A DNA stretch of 64,000 nt from a virus, in IMG/VR virus record IMGVR_UViG_3300020401_000016, positions 5,863 through 69,862 of that record; one strand, given 5' to 3'. Positions 18,320 to 28,100 of the stretch are shown in pieces. The notes under the pieces were generated by a model that saw only the letters and a program-made list of their open reading frames with translations, made no database searches and was not told the origin of the DNA. The position numbers and the translations under genes are program-made. Each line of letters opens with the position of its first letter. The stretch's first letter is position 1.

Positions 18320-21300
18320 ATGGCCGTTGGTCGAATTTCAGGTCCGCTCTTAAAGGCAAATCTCGTTCGAAGTACGCTACCAGCGGAAAGACGAAACCTT
18401 GCGTTTGAGACTGACTTATTATACATTGATGTTAACAATGACAGAATTGGGGTCAAGACAACTAGTCCTCAATATCCTTTAGACGTTGCAGGTACAATCA
18501 GAACTACAGATTTACAAGTTTCCACTAGTACACAAATTAATAATGTTACAATTAGTGCGAACTCTATTACTACCACAGGAAATCAATTAAATCTAGCAAC
18601 ACCAGACAGTGCTGTATACAACAATAGACTGATAGTAGATGATTTAATTATTGACGGCAACACAATTACTGCTACAGATACCAATCAAAATTTTGAAATT
18701 ATACCAAGCGGAACTGGTACTGTTGAAGTAAGAGGTGACACAAGAGTTGAAGGTAATATTCACGCAACAGGCAATATTAGAGCAGATGGAAACATTCAAA
18801 TTGGTGACCAAGACACTGATACGATTACAATTAATGCTGATGTGGCATCTAATTTAGTACCTGATGCATCAAACACATACACACTAGGTTTAGCAAATAA
18901 AAGATGGGACGAAGTATTTGCGAATAACTTAACTGTTGATAACCTAACATTGACAGGTAATATCACTGTAAATGGTCTAGACTTAACTGCTCGTCCAGGT
19001 AAAACTTATTACGTAGCAACAAATGGTGATGACTTGCAAACAGGGACACACCAAAATGATCCATACGCAAGTTTAACAAAAGCATTATCTGTTGCAACAT
19101 CAGGTGATCATATTCACATATATCCAGGAACATACACAGAAGTATTTCCTATGGTTGTTCCAGTGGGAGTATCTGTAAGAGGTGATGGATTAAGAGCAGT
19201 TACTATACAGCCAACAACTCCAACAAAAACAAATGACGGATTTATTTTAAATGGTGAAGTAACAATTGAAGATTTAACAATTACAGGATTTAATTTTGAT
19301 TCTGTAAACAACACAGGACACGCATTTAGATTTAATTCAAATGGAGACAGTAGCGGATACGCAGTAACGTCAAGATCACCATACATAAGAAACGTGACTG
19401 TATTAACACAAGGTACGGTGACAAGTGCTACTGATCCTAGAGGTTTTGGTTCAGGAGATGCAGGTAAAGGTGCATTTTTAGATGGTTCTATGGCAACTGC
19501 TTGGAGTAGAGAAGCAGGTGCATTGTTCCAAAATGTTACAATGATTACTCCAGGAGTTGATGCAATGACATTGACAAATGGTGTTAGAGTTGAATGGTTA
19601 AACTCGTTCACATACTTTGCTAACAGATCAATTTATGCATATGACGGTGTGTCAGGTCTTGCTGGACAAGGACAAACAAATTTAAGAGTCGATGGAATCA
19701 GCGGATCAATCACTGCTGGTGAAACAATATTCTACTACAATAACAGTGGACAAGTAATAAGTTCTGCAACAATTGATTCAGTAGATGGCAATAGAATTAC
19801 TATTAACGGGAAAGTAACAGGATTTGAATTGCCACCTGAATCAGGCGGAAAAACAATGGTCACAAACGGTAATGCACAATTGAATACAAGCATTAAAAAG
19901 TTTGGACAAAGCAGTTTACAACTAGGTGGAACTGCTGATGGAACAAATACAGCAAACAGTGTAGACTTTGGTTTTGGAACAGACGACTTCACAATTGAAA
20001 CGTGGGTAAGATCAAATCAAGCACAAACAACTGTATTGTTTGACACACGAGCAAATACAAGTAGCGACAACGGAATTCAAGTTTCTGTAAGCAATAGTAC
20101 TCCAAGAATTTTATTGAATGGTTCTTATGTGTTGACAGGTACAAATGGATTTAATGATAACATTTGGACACACTTTGCAGTGTCTAGAAGAAACAGTTAC
20201 ACTAAAATTTTTATAGACGGAGTTAATTCGGGACAAACTAGAAATCCAAAAGTTTTAACTTCAAATGATGGCGTGACGACAAACAGTAGTGTTAAGAAAT
20301 ATGGCGACAAATCAGTTCAGTTCGATGGTGCTGATGATTGCATAGATGTTGCCAACACGGCAGATTTTGGTTTCGGTACTGGCGACTTTACTGCTGAAGC
20401 ATGGATACAAACAAATTCAACTGCACAACAAACTGTGTATGACTTTAGAACTACTAGCATTGAAGACAAAGTTTGGATGTACATCACACCAACAAACAAC
20501 AAATTAATACTATATGTAAATGGTTCTGCTATTGCAGAACTAACAGGCATAACATTGTCTAATTGGCATCACGTTGCATTAACAAGACAAGCAGGAGTTG
20601 GAAGATTATTTTTAGATGGTGTTCTAGGTGCAACATTTACTTTTGCAAACAATTTAGGTGCAACAACTCCTTGTAGAATAGGTGCAAGATATGATGCAAT
20701 TGGCACAAATGAATTTTCTGGATACATGGATGCAGTAAGAGTAAGTTCAACTGCAAAATACACAACAGCATTTACTCCTGCTAATTTAGTTAATACTACT
20801 GACACTTTATTATTAATAGACGCAGAAGATGGCATTGTTGATAACACAAATCTATACATGAATACAAATTTAGCAAGTGCAAAACCTTTAACAATAGGAA
20901 ACAATTATTCTAACAACAACGGTTTCAATGGTTATCTTGATGACTTTAGAATTATCAAAGGCTTTTCACTTTACAGCACAAACTTTACACCACCAACAGC
21001 AGAACTAACAAGAACAAATGACACTTCTTTACTTTTAAGATTTAATGGAGATAATGGTTCAACAACATTTACAGAAACATTAACACTTCCACAAGATATT
21101 AGATTTAGTGGCGGTGCAACTGCTGAAAGATTTACTTTAGTAGATTACGCAGACTTTGGTGCGGAAGTACGTGCTATTGCATCTGCATCAATCTATGGAA
21201 ATTATGGAATATGGGGTGATGGTCTTGGTGTAAGAATGTATCTAATCTCACACAACCTTGCTTACATAGGAAATGGTAAAGAAGTTTCTAATGATGCAAA

Positions 21301-22666
21301 CACTGTGGTACAAGCAAATGAAATTGTAAAACAAAATGACGCAAGTATATTCTTTACTTCAGTTGACCATAAAGGTGATTTTAGAGTTGGTGATCAATTT
21401 TATGTAAATCAAGAAACAGGACAAGTAGACTTTACTACATCTACATTGAATATTGATATTGATCAAGGCGTTACATTTACAACAGGAAATGATATCACAG
21501 TAATCAATGGTTCAAGTGTTGAAACAGGAAACATAAAAATAAGTGGAAACACAATAGAAAGTTTAACAGGCGATGTGACGTTTGATTCAAATTCTGATCA
21601 AATGAATCTACAAAATAATGTTGCAATTAGTGGAAACTTAGATGTAACAGGTGACATAACAATTGGTGGTAATGTTACTATTGGAGATGAAACAACAGAC
21701 TCAATAAACATCACAGCAGGTATAGGTTCTGATCTTAAACCAGCAGTTGATAACTTGTATGACTTAGGTACTGCAACAAAAAGATGGAATACAGTATTCA
21801 CTAGAGAATTACAAACTGACAGTATAAAAATAGATAACAATGTAATTCAAACTATTGATTCAAATGCAGATTTAGAATTGAGAACAAATGGAACTGGAAA
21901 CGTAAATGTAGAAAACTTCAGTTTCAATGGCAATACTATTTCAAATACAAACGATATTACAATCAATCCATCAACTGGAGTATTTAGAGTAGATGGTACA
22001 GGAGCAGTAAAAGTTCCAGCAGGAACAACAGCAGAAAGACCAGGATCACCAGCTCTTGGTATGTTGCGTTACAACACAGATACTGGATTCTTTGAAGGTT
22101 ATGATGGAAATTGGATACCTTTAGCGGGTGTATCAGATATTGACCAAGACACTTATATCACTGCTGAATTAAATCCTGGTGATGATGACGATACTTTAAG
22201 ATTTTATGCGGCAGGACAGTTGGTTGCTGATGTAAATTCTACAAGATTTGATGTTCAAAGTTTGGTAGTAGACAATCTATTATTACAAGGAAATTCAATA
22301 TCAACAACAGGAACTGACCAAGATTTACTCCTAAATGCTAATGGTTTAGGTACAATCAAAGTAGAAGACTTTGTTTTTGAAGGAAATACGATAACTAATA
22401 GTGTACCCGACAGTCCGACGGTTTTTAGGACCACAGGAGACGGTTACATCGACGTTTCGCAGGCTGGTGGATTCGTTTTACCAACCGGAACAAGCGTAGA
22501 TAGACCAAGTGTTGGTGTTACTGGTATGATCAGGTACAACACAAATGACCAAAGGGTTGAGTTGTATGATGGTACTAGTTGGGGATCAATTGCTGGAAGT
22601 TCAGGAGCAGTTAGTATCCTTGACGCAACAGAAATTGCAATTAAAATTGCATTAACATATGGATAA
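18320..22666 (+). CDS. Large fibre protein with LamG/concanavalin-A-like domains
   Basis: FGTGDFT.E.W, WHHVALTR, F.GYLDDFRI LamG motifs; paralogue of 14981. Confidence 0.82.
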   Translation: MAVGRISGPLLKANLVRSTLPAERRNLAFETDLLYIDVNNDRIGVKTTSPQYPLDVAGTIRTTDLQVSTSTQINNVTISANSITTTGNQLNLATPDSAVYNNRLIVDDLIIDGNTITATDTNQNFEIIPSGTGTVEVRGDTRVEGNIHATGNIRADGNIQIGDQDTDTITINADVASNLVPDASNTYTLGLANKRWDEVFANNLTVDNLTLTGNITVNGLDLTARPGKTYYVATNGDDLQTGTHQNDPYASLTKALSVATSGDHIHIYPGTYTEVFPMVVPVGVSVRGDGLRAVTIQPTTPTKTNDGFILNGEVTIEDLTITGFNFDSVNNTGHAFRFNSNGDSSGYAVTSRSPYIRNVTVLTQGTVTSATDPRGFGSGDAGKGAFLDGSMATAWSREAGALFQNVTMITPGVDAMTLTNGVRVEWLNSFTYFANRSIYAYDGVSGLAGQGQTNLRVDGISGSITAGETIFYYNNSGQVISSATIDSVDGNRITINGKVTGFELPPESGGKTMVTNGNAQLNTSIKKFGQSSLQLGGTADGTNTANSVDFGFGTDDFTIETWVRSNQAQTTVLFDTRANTSSDNGIQVSVSNSTPRILLNGSYVLTGTNGFNDNIWTHFAVSRRNSYTKIFIDGVNSGQTRNPKVLTSNDGVTTNSSVKKYGDKSVQFDGADDCIDVANTADFGFGTGDFTAEAWIQTNSTAQQTVYDFRTTSIEDKVWMYITPTNNKLILYVNGSAIAELTGITLSNWHHVALTRQAGVGRLFLDGVLGATFTFANNLGATTPCRIGARYDAIGTNEFSGYMDAVRVSSTAKYTTAFTPANLVNTTDTLLLIDAEDGIVDNTNLYMNTNLASAKPLTIGNNYSNNNGFNGYLDDFRIIKGFSLYSTNFTPPTAELTRTNDTSLLLRFNGDNGSTTFTETLTLPQDIRFSGGATAERFTLVDYADFGAEVRAIASASIYGNYGIWGDGLGVRMYLISHNLAYIGNGKEVSNDANTVVQANEIVKQNDASIFFTSVDHKGDFRVGDQFYVNQETGQVDFTTSTLNIDIDQGVTFTTGNDITVINGSSVETGNIKISGNTIESLTGDVTFDSNSDQMNLQNNVAISGNLDVTGDITIGGNVTIGDETTDSINITAGIGSDLKPAVDNLYDLGTATKRWNTVFTRELQTDSIKIDNNVIQTIDSNADLELRTNGTGNVNVENFSFNGNTISNTNDITINPSTGVFRVDGTGAVKVPAGTTAERPGSPALGMLRYNTDTGFFEGYDGNWIPLAGVSDIDQDTYITAELNPGDDDDTLRFYAAGQLVADVNSTRFDVQSLVVDNLLLQGNSISTTGTDQDLLLNANGLGTIKVEDFVFEGNTITNSVPDSPTVFRTTGDGYIDVSQAGGFVLPTGTSVDRPSVGVTGMIRYNTNDQRVELYDGTSWGSIAGSSGAVSILDATEIAIKIALTYG

Positions 22667-22674
22667 GATTTGAG

Positions 22675-23004
22675 ATGGCAACGGCATTTAAAAACACAAT
22701 AATCAAAAATATAGGAACTGTTCCTGTAGAATTATACACAGCAGATCCTGGAACTAACACAACTTTTGTTGGATTAAGTCTTGCAAACTTGACAGATTCA
22801 GTTGTAAGAGCAAGTGTTACTTTGAAAGACACAACATCAGTTGAAGGTTTCATAATTAAAGACTGTTTTATAGCACCTAATTCAAGTTTAAGAGTTTTGA
22901 ACGCAGGTGAAAAATTAATTGTTGCAGAAAACAATCAATTATTTTGCACAGCAAACATTAACGATTCTTTGGATGTTGTTGCAAGTTTTGTGGAGATAAC
23001 ATAA
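22675..23004 (+). CDS. Small beta-rich virion protein
   Basis: MATAFKN...GLSLANL...GEKLIV...VASFVEIT. Confidence 0.7.
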   Translation: MATAFKNTIIKNIGTVPVELYTADPGTNTTFVGLSLANLTDSVVRASVTLKDTTSVEGFIIKDCFIAPNSSLRVLNAGEKLIVAENNQLFCTANINDSLDVVASFVEIT

Positions 23005-23005
23005 G

Positions 23006-23467
23006 ATGACACAGAGTGTTGGTCAGAGTGTAAACGTATATTTAAAAGAAGGAATCAAAGACAGATACTTCTATGGTTTATACCGTACAGACGAAGGTAT
23101 GTTATACCTTGGTAGAGTTGACCAATTGGCTCGTAATGACAGTATTCAAGTGAACAATCCTGGAGCGGCGGCAAATGACTTTGTTGACTTTGATCAAGGA
23201 TATGATTTCTTTGAAGGACGTGATCTCAATCATGAAAAAGTATTTTTGAATTTGAGATACGAACAATTCAGATGGGACGATGTAAATCTGGATTATTTTA
23301 TAAACGATGACGGCGAACTGTGCGTGAGAGTTAATAGTAAAAAAGGAGAGGGTGTGGTAACATATCCTGATGTATCTGAATCAGTAGATGCAGTTGTATC
23401 TCCATTTACTTTTGACAAAGAAGCATACACATTTGACGACAGTGACATAACATTTGATAGAGGATAG
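23006..23467 (+). CDS. Virion-associated protein (paralogue of 24785)
   Basis: RYFYGL.RTD.G.LYL...NL.YEQFRWD shared with 24785. Confidence 0.7.
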   Translation: MTQSVGQSVNVYLKEGIKDRYFYGLYRTDEGMLYLGRVDQLARNDSIQVNNPGAAANDFVDFDQGYDFFEGRDLNHEKVFLNLRYEQFRWDDVNLDYFINDDGELCVRVNSKKGEGVVTYPDVSESVDAVVSPFTFDKEAYTFDDSDITFDRG

Positions 23468-23481
23468 GAGTAGTAGGAAAA

Positions 23482-24768
23482 ATGGCACGACAACTTATAA
23501 ATGACGGTATCCTACCTAATGACGGTCAAGGTGACACGTTAAGGCAAGGTGCGTCGAAAATAAACAATAACTTCCAAGAGTTATATCAAACTTTAGGAAA
23601 TGGAACACAAATTACTTTAATAGAAAATAATCTATTAAATGTAACAGGTGCAAACAAAGTAACTTTTTTATATAACGCATTGACAGATTTGCCAAGTGCG
23701 GCAACATATCACGGTATGTTTGCTCATGTACATAGTGAGAATGCTTCCTACTACGCTCACGCAGGTGCTTGGGTAAAACTACTTGATACTAACAAATCAA
23801 TTGGTTTACTAGCAGATGTTGATGTCGCAACTGCGGCTCCACAAGATGGACAGGCGTTAGTCTGGGACAATGGAAATGGAACTTGGAAACCAGGAACTGT
23901 ACAAGCCGGCGGCGGTGGCGGTGGCGGAGGTGCAACAAACTTCTTAGGTTTGTCTGATACACCTTCAAGTTTTACAGGTAATGCAAATTATTTTGTTACT
24001 GTAAACGGACAAAGCAACGCACTTACTTTTACAGCATCTCCAGGAGGAGTAAATGTTTTATCTGATGTAGACACAGTTACAACTCCACCAGTTGCAGGAC
24101 AAGTTTTAAAATGGAACGGAAACAATTGGGTACCAGCCAATGATGCAACATCAGGCGGTGGTTCTACAGATGCAGATACATTAGATGGTTTAGACAGTAC
24201 GTATTTCTTAAATTACAATAACTTGTCTAACAAACCAACTATTCCTACAGAACTACAAGATTTAGGAATTGTAGACGGTAGTGCAAACCAAGTTTTAACT
24301 ACTGATGGTGCAGGTGGATTTACTTTTGAAGATGCGGCAAGTGGTGGTGCAACTACTCTTAATGCATTAACTGACGTAACAGTAGCAAGTCCTTCACAAG
24401 GTGATGTGCTTTATTATAATGGCACAGGTTGGGTAGCACAAAATGGTCCAGTTATTAGATGGACAATGACAGCAAATGGTGCCTCTGACTATGTTTTCAG
24501 TGGTCCAGGTTTTGTGTCAGCAACTAATGATCCAACATTATATTTGTCAAGAGGACACACATATATTTTTGTAAACAATTCGGGCGGAAGTCATCCATTT
24601 GAAATAAGAACAGGTTTCAATGGATCAGCATATTCGTCTGGTGTTTCAAACAATGGTGCAAACAGCGGTGCAATAACATTTACTGTACCGATGAACGCTC
24701 CATCAACTTTGTATTATCAATGTACTAGTCACCAAAACATGGGTAATACAATTAATATTGTAGCATAA
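23482..24768 (+). CDS. Baseplate wedge/fibre connector-like protein (gp9/gp10-type N-terminus) with C-terminal cupredoxin-like module
   Basis: MARQLIN.G..PNDGQGDTLRQGA.KIN.NF.ELY; L.DV...GQVL.W.G..W repeats; HPF...YYQCTSHQNMG. Confidence 0.75.
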   Translation: MARQLINDGILPNDGQGDTLRQGASKINNNFQELYQTLGNGTQITLIENNLLNVTGANKVTFLYNALTDLPSAATYHGMFAHVHSENASYYAHAGAWVKLLDTNKSIGLLADVDVATAAPQDGQALVWDNGNGTWKPGTVQAGGGGGGGGATNFLGLSDTPSSFTGNANYFVTVNGQSNALTFTASPGGVNVLSDVDTVTTPPVAGQVLKWNGNNWVPANDATSGGGSTDADTLDGLDSTYFLNYNNLSNKPTIPTELQDLGIVDGSANQVLTTDGAGGFTFEDAASGGATTLNALTDVTVASPSQGDVLYYNGTGWVAQNGPVIRWTMTANGASDYVFSGPGFVSATNDPTLYLSRGHTYIFVNNSGGSHPFEIRTGFNGSAYSSGVSNNGANSGAITFTVPMNAPSTLYYQCTSHQNMGNTINIVA

Positions 24769-24784
24769 GGAGTTAAAGGTTTAG

Positions 24785-25138
24785 ATGTCTGAAACTTTTG
24801 GAATAGGAATAGAAGATTTACAACAGTCACTTGGTAATGCTCGTTACTTTTACGGCTTAAGAAGAACTGACCAAGGCACTTTGTATCTTGTTAAAGCCGA
24901 TTTGTTAGAGTTAGAAGACGGGGTGATTGTTAATAAACCAGGTGCTCCAAGTCAAAATTACAATGATTTCAGTAGAGGACAGGACTTTTTTGATGGTAAA
25001 GATACAGAACATAAAAAAGTTTTTGAAAATCTAGTGTATGAACAATTTAGGTGGGATGGCAGAAATGTATTCTACTATATTAACGAACAGGGCGAATTAG
25101 TTCTAAAAGTGAACGAATCGCACACTTACGAGGAATAA
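24785..25138 (+). CDS. Virion-associated protein (paralogue of 23006)
   Basis: RYFYGLRRTDQGTLYL...YEQFRWD. Confidence 0.7.
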   Translation: MSETFGIGIEDLQQSLGNARYFYGLRRTDQGTLYLVKADLLELEDGVIVNKPGAPSQNYNDFSRGQDFFDGKDTEHKKVFENLVYEQFRWDGRNVFYYINEQGELVLKVNESHTYEE

Positions 25139-25160
25139 TAAATACAGGTAACAGAAGTCT

Positions 25161-28100
25161 ATGGCAGAATTTAAACTAGATAGGATACGTTTTAGATACA
25201 GAGGTGATTGGAGTTCAGCAACCAATTACGTAAAAGACGATGTGATTCGTTACGGAGCAAAAGTATATGTCTGTATCGAAGTACACCAAGCAGATGCTAA
25301 TTTCTACAATGATTTAAACAATTCTACACCAAGATGGGTGCAGATGATGGATGGTCAGTCTTGGACTGGCGAATGGCAAGCGGCAACTTTCTACAGAATT
25401 GGTGATCTTGTTAAATTAGGTGGTGTAATTTACAAATGTATAGAAGGACATACATCTAATACAAGTGCAAATGACGGAATTTTAGGTGATGAATTAAAAT
25501 GGGTTTACTTTGCAAGAGGTGAAAACTGGACAAGTGTATGGACACCAGAGACACTTTACAATGTAGATGACACAGTAATATATGGTGGTACAGTTTACAA
25601 ATGTTTAACATCACACCAATCACAAAATGCTGATGCTGGTTTAGAATTTGATGCAGAAAAATGGGAATTCTATTCGCAATCAGATAATTTTAGAGGTGAG
25701 TGGCAACCAAACACACACTATTACATTGATGATATAGCAAGATATGGTGGTATCTTATACAGAGCAATTGGTTCACACATCAGTACACCTAACATTGTGT
25801 ACACAAACCCAACAAACACTTACAATCAAGACAATGTAAACAATCCAACAGGCGGAACTAATGCAACATTTGAAGTTTACAGAGATGGTGGAAACTATTA
25901 TGGTAAAATTTTAACTGCTGGATCTGGATATATTCAAGCAGAAACATTTACAGTATTAGGATCTAACTTAAATGGTGCAGACTCAACTAACGATTGTACA
26001 ATTACAATTACAACAGTTGATGGAACAGGAGCAATTACAGCCATAAGTGTGGCAGGAACGGCAGATGCAACTGTAACATTTGGATTAGAAACTGACGCGG
26101 CAAGATGGGAAACTGCTTTAGAAGGTGTTGAATATAAAACTAATTTTGCACAATATACACACTACAAAGTAAATGAAATTGTAAAATGGTCACCGGGTTT
26201 ATGGAAAGTAACAACTTCACACTTTGCATTTAATCAAAATTTAGATGAAACCAAATTTTCATTGTTTGTTCCAGGTTTAGAATTTGAAACACAATGGGTA
26301 GACACACAATATTATCAAAAAGGTGACATTGTACTTTACGGTGGTTACTCTTACGTTGCATTACAATCTAACGTTGCTAGTAAACCAGCAGTAACAGATA
26401 GTACAGGCAACTGGGAACTTATTTTCCCTGGCTACAATTACAGAGGCGAATGGGTAGGCACAGTTGAAAACAATGGAGTCAATGAACCAGTTCCATATAA
26501 AACTGGAGATGTTGTACTTGCAGGTGGTAACTTATACATTGCTGTAAGAGACAACGAAGACACAGGTCCTGATACAGAATCAGTTTACGATCCAGGATCA
26601 GACGATCCTTTTCCATGGCAGTTACTTGTAACTGGTAAACGTTGGAGAGGTCCTTGGATTGAAACAACTTCAGCGGGTGCAAATGAATATTTCCCTGGTG
26701 ATGTTGTAACAGTAGCAGGAACACTTTGGGCTTGTATCGACAAGCACATGGCTAATTCATCAGATGCTAAACCACCATTAGATTTAGAATCAGAAAATGT
26801 TGGTCCTTATTGGGTGCTATTGGCACAAGGTGCTCCAGGTAACGTTCTAGAATATCCAGGAGATTTAAAAACACAAAACGATGATTCTACAAGATTAAGA
26901 ATTGGAATAGGAACTCCAGGACAAATTTCAAAAGTATCTGCAAATGGATTCCCAGGTTGGGGTGATTTTGAATTAACAACAAATGTATACTATGTGGCTC
27001 CAGAAGGTGCAGACACACCAGACAATGGATTATTACCAAGTGCTCCATTTGCCTCAATAAAATATGCTTGTGAATATATTCAAGAATCTCCAGGTACAAG
27101 AACACCAGCAACTGTGTTTATAAAAACAGGTTTCTATGAAGAACAACTTCCAATCAAAGTACCAAGAGACACAGCACTTGTTGGAGATGAATTAAGAAGT
27201 ACAAATGTAAGACCAGCACCAGGGTTTGAATCACAAAATATGTTCTACGTAAACAACGGTTCTGGAATCAGAAACATGACTTTACAAGGTTTATCAGGAA
27301 CATTAGGTGATGTTAATGAGTATGGTACTAGAAGACCAACAGGAGGTGCGTTTGTATCTCTTGATCCAGGCACAGGTCCAACTGATGCTACAACTTGGAT
27401 AACAAGTAAATCTTGTTATGTACAAAACGTATCAACATTTGGTTCTGGTGCAATTGGTTTAAAAGTAGATGGTGATTTACACAACGGTGGTAATAAATCA
27501 GTTGTTGCAAACGACTTTACACAAATTATAGACAACGGAATAGGATTCTGGGTAAATGGTGATGGTAAATCAGAACTTGTATCTGTGTTTACATATTACA
27601 ATCACATTGGTTATCTAGCAACTAACGGTGGTAAAGTTAGAGCAACTAACGGTAACAATTCATATGGAGACTTTGGTTCAGTTGCAGAAGGAGTTGCCGC
27701 AACAGAAACTCCAATTACTTGTAAAATTGACAACTACACAGGTGAAGCAATAGTAAATGATGTTTACAACGATGAAAATGAAATTTATGCTTTTGCTTAC
27801 ACACATGGTGGTGAAAATTATACAACAGCAAATATTACAATTGAAGGTTCAGGTGAAGGTGCGGCGGCAAGTATAAAATATGAAAATACTAGAGACGGTG
27901 CAATTAAAGAAATAAGAATAAAAGGACCAGATGATTCATCACCGGCAGGTGGTGCTCAGTACACTCAGATTGATGGTACAGCAAGAAGTGGTACTTCAAC
28001 ACAAATCGAACTTGCGGCACAATTAGGTAGACCAGCATCTGAATTAATTGGACAAAGAATTTATTTAAGAGAAGGTCGTGGAAGAGGACAATATGCATAT

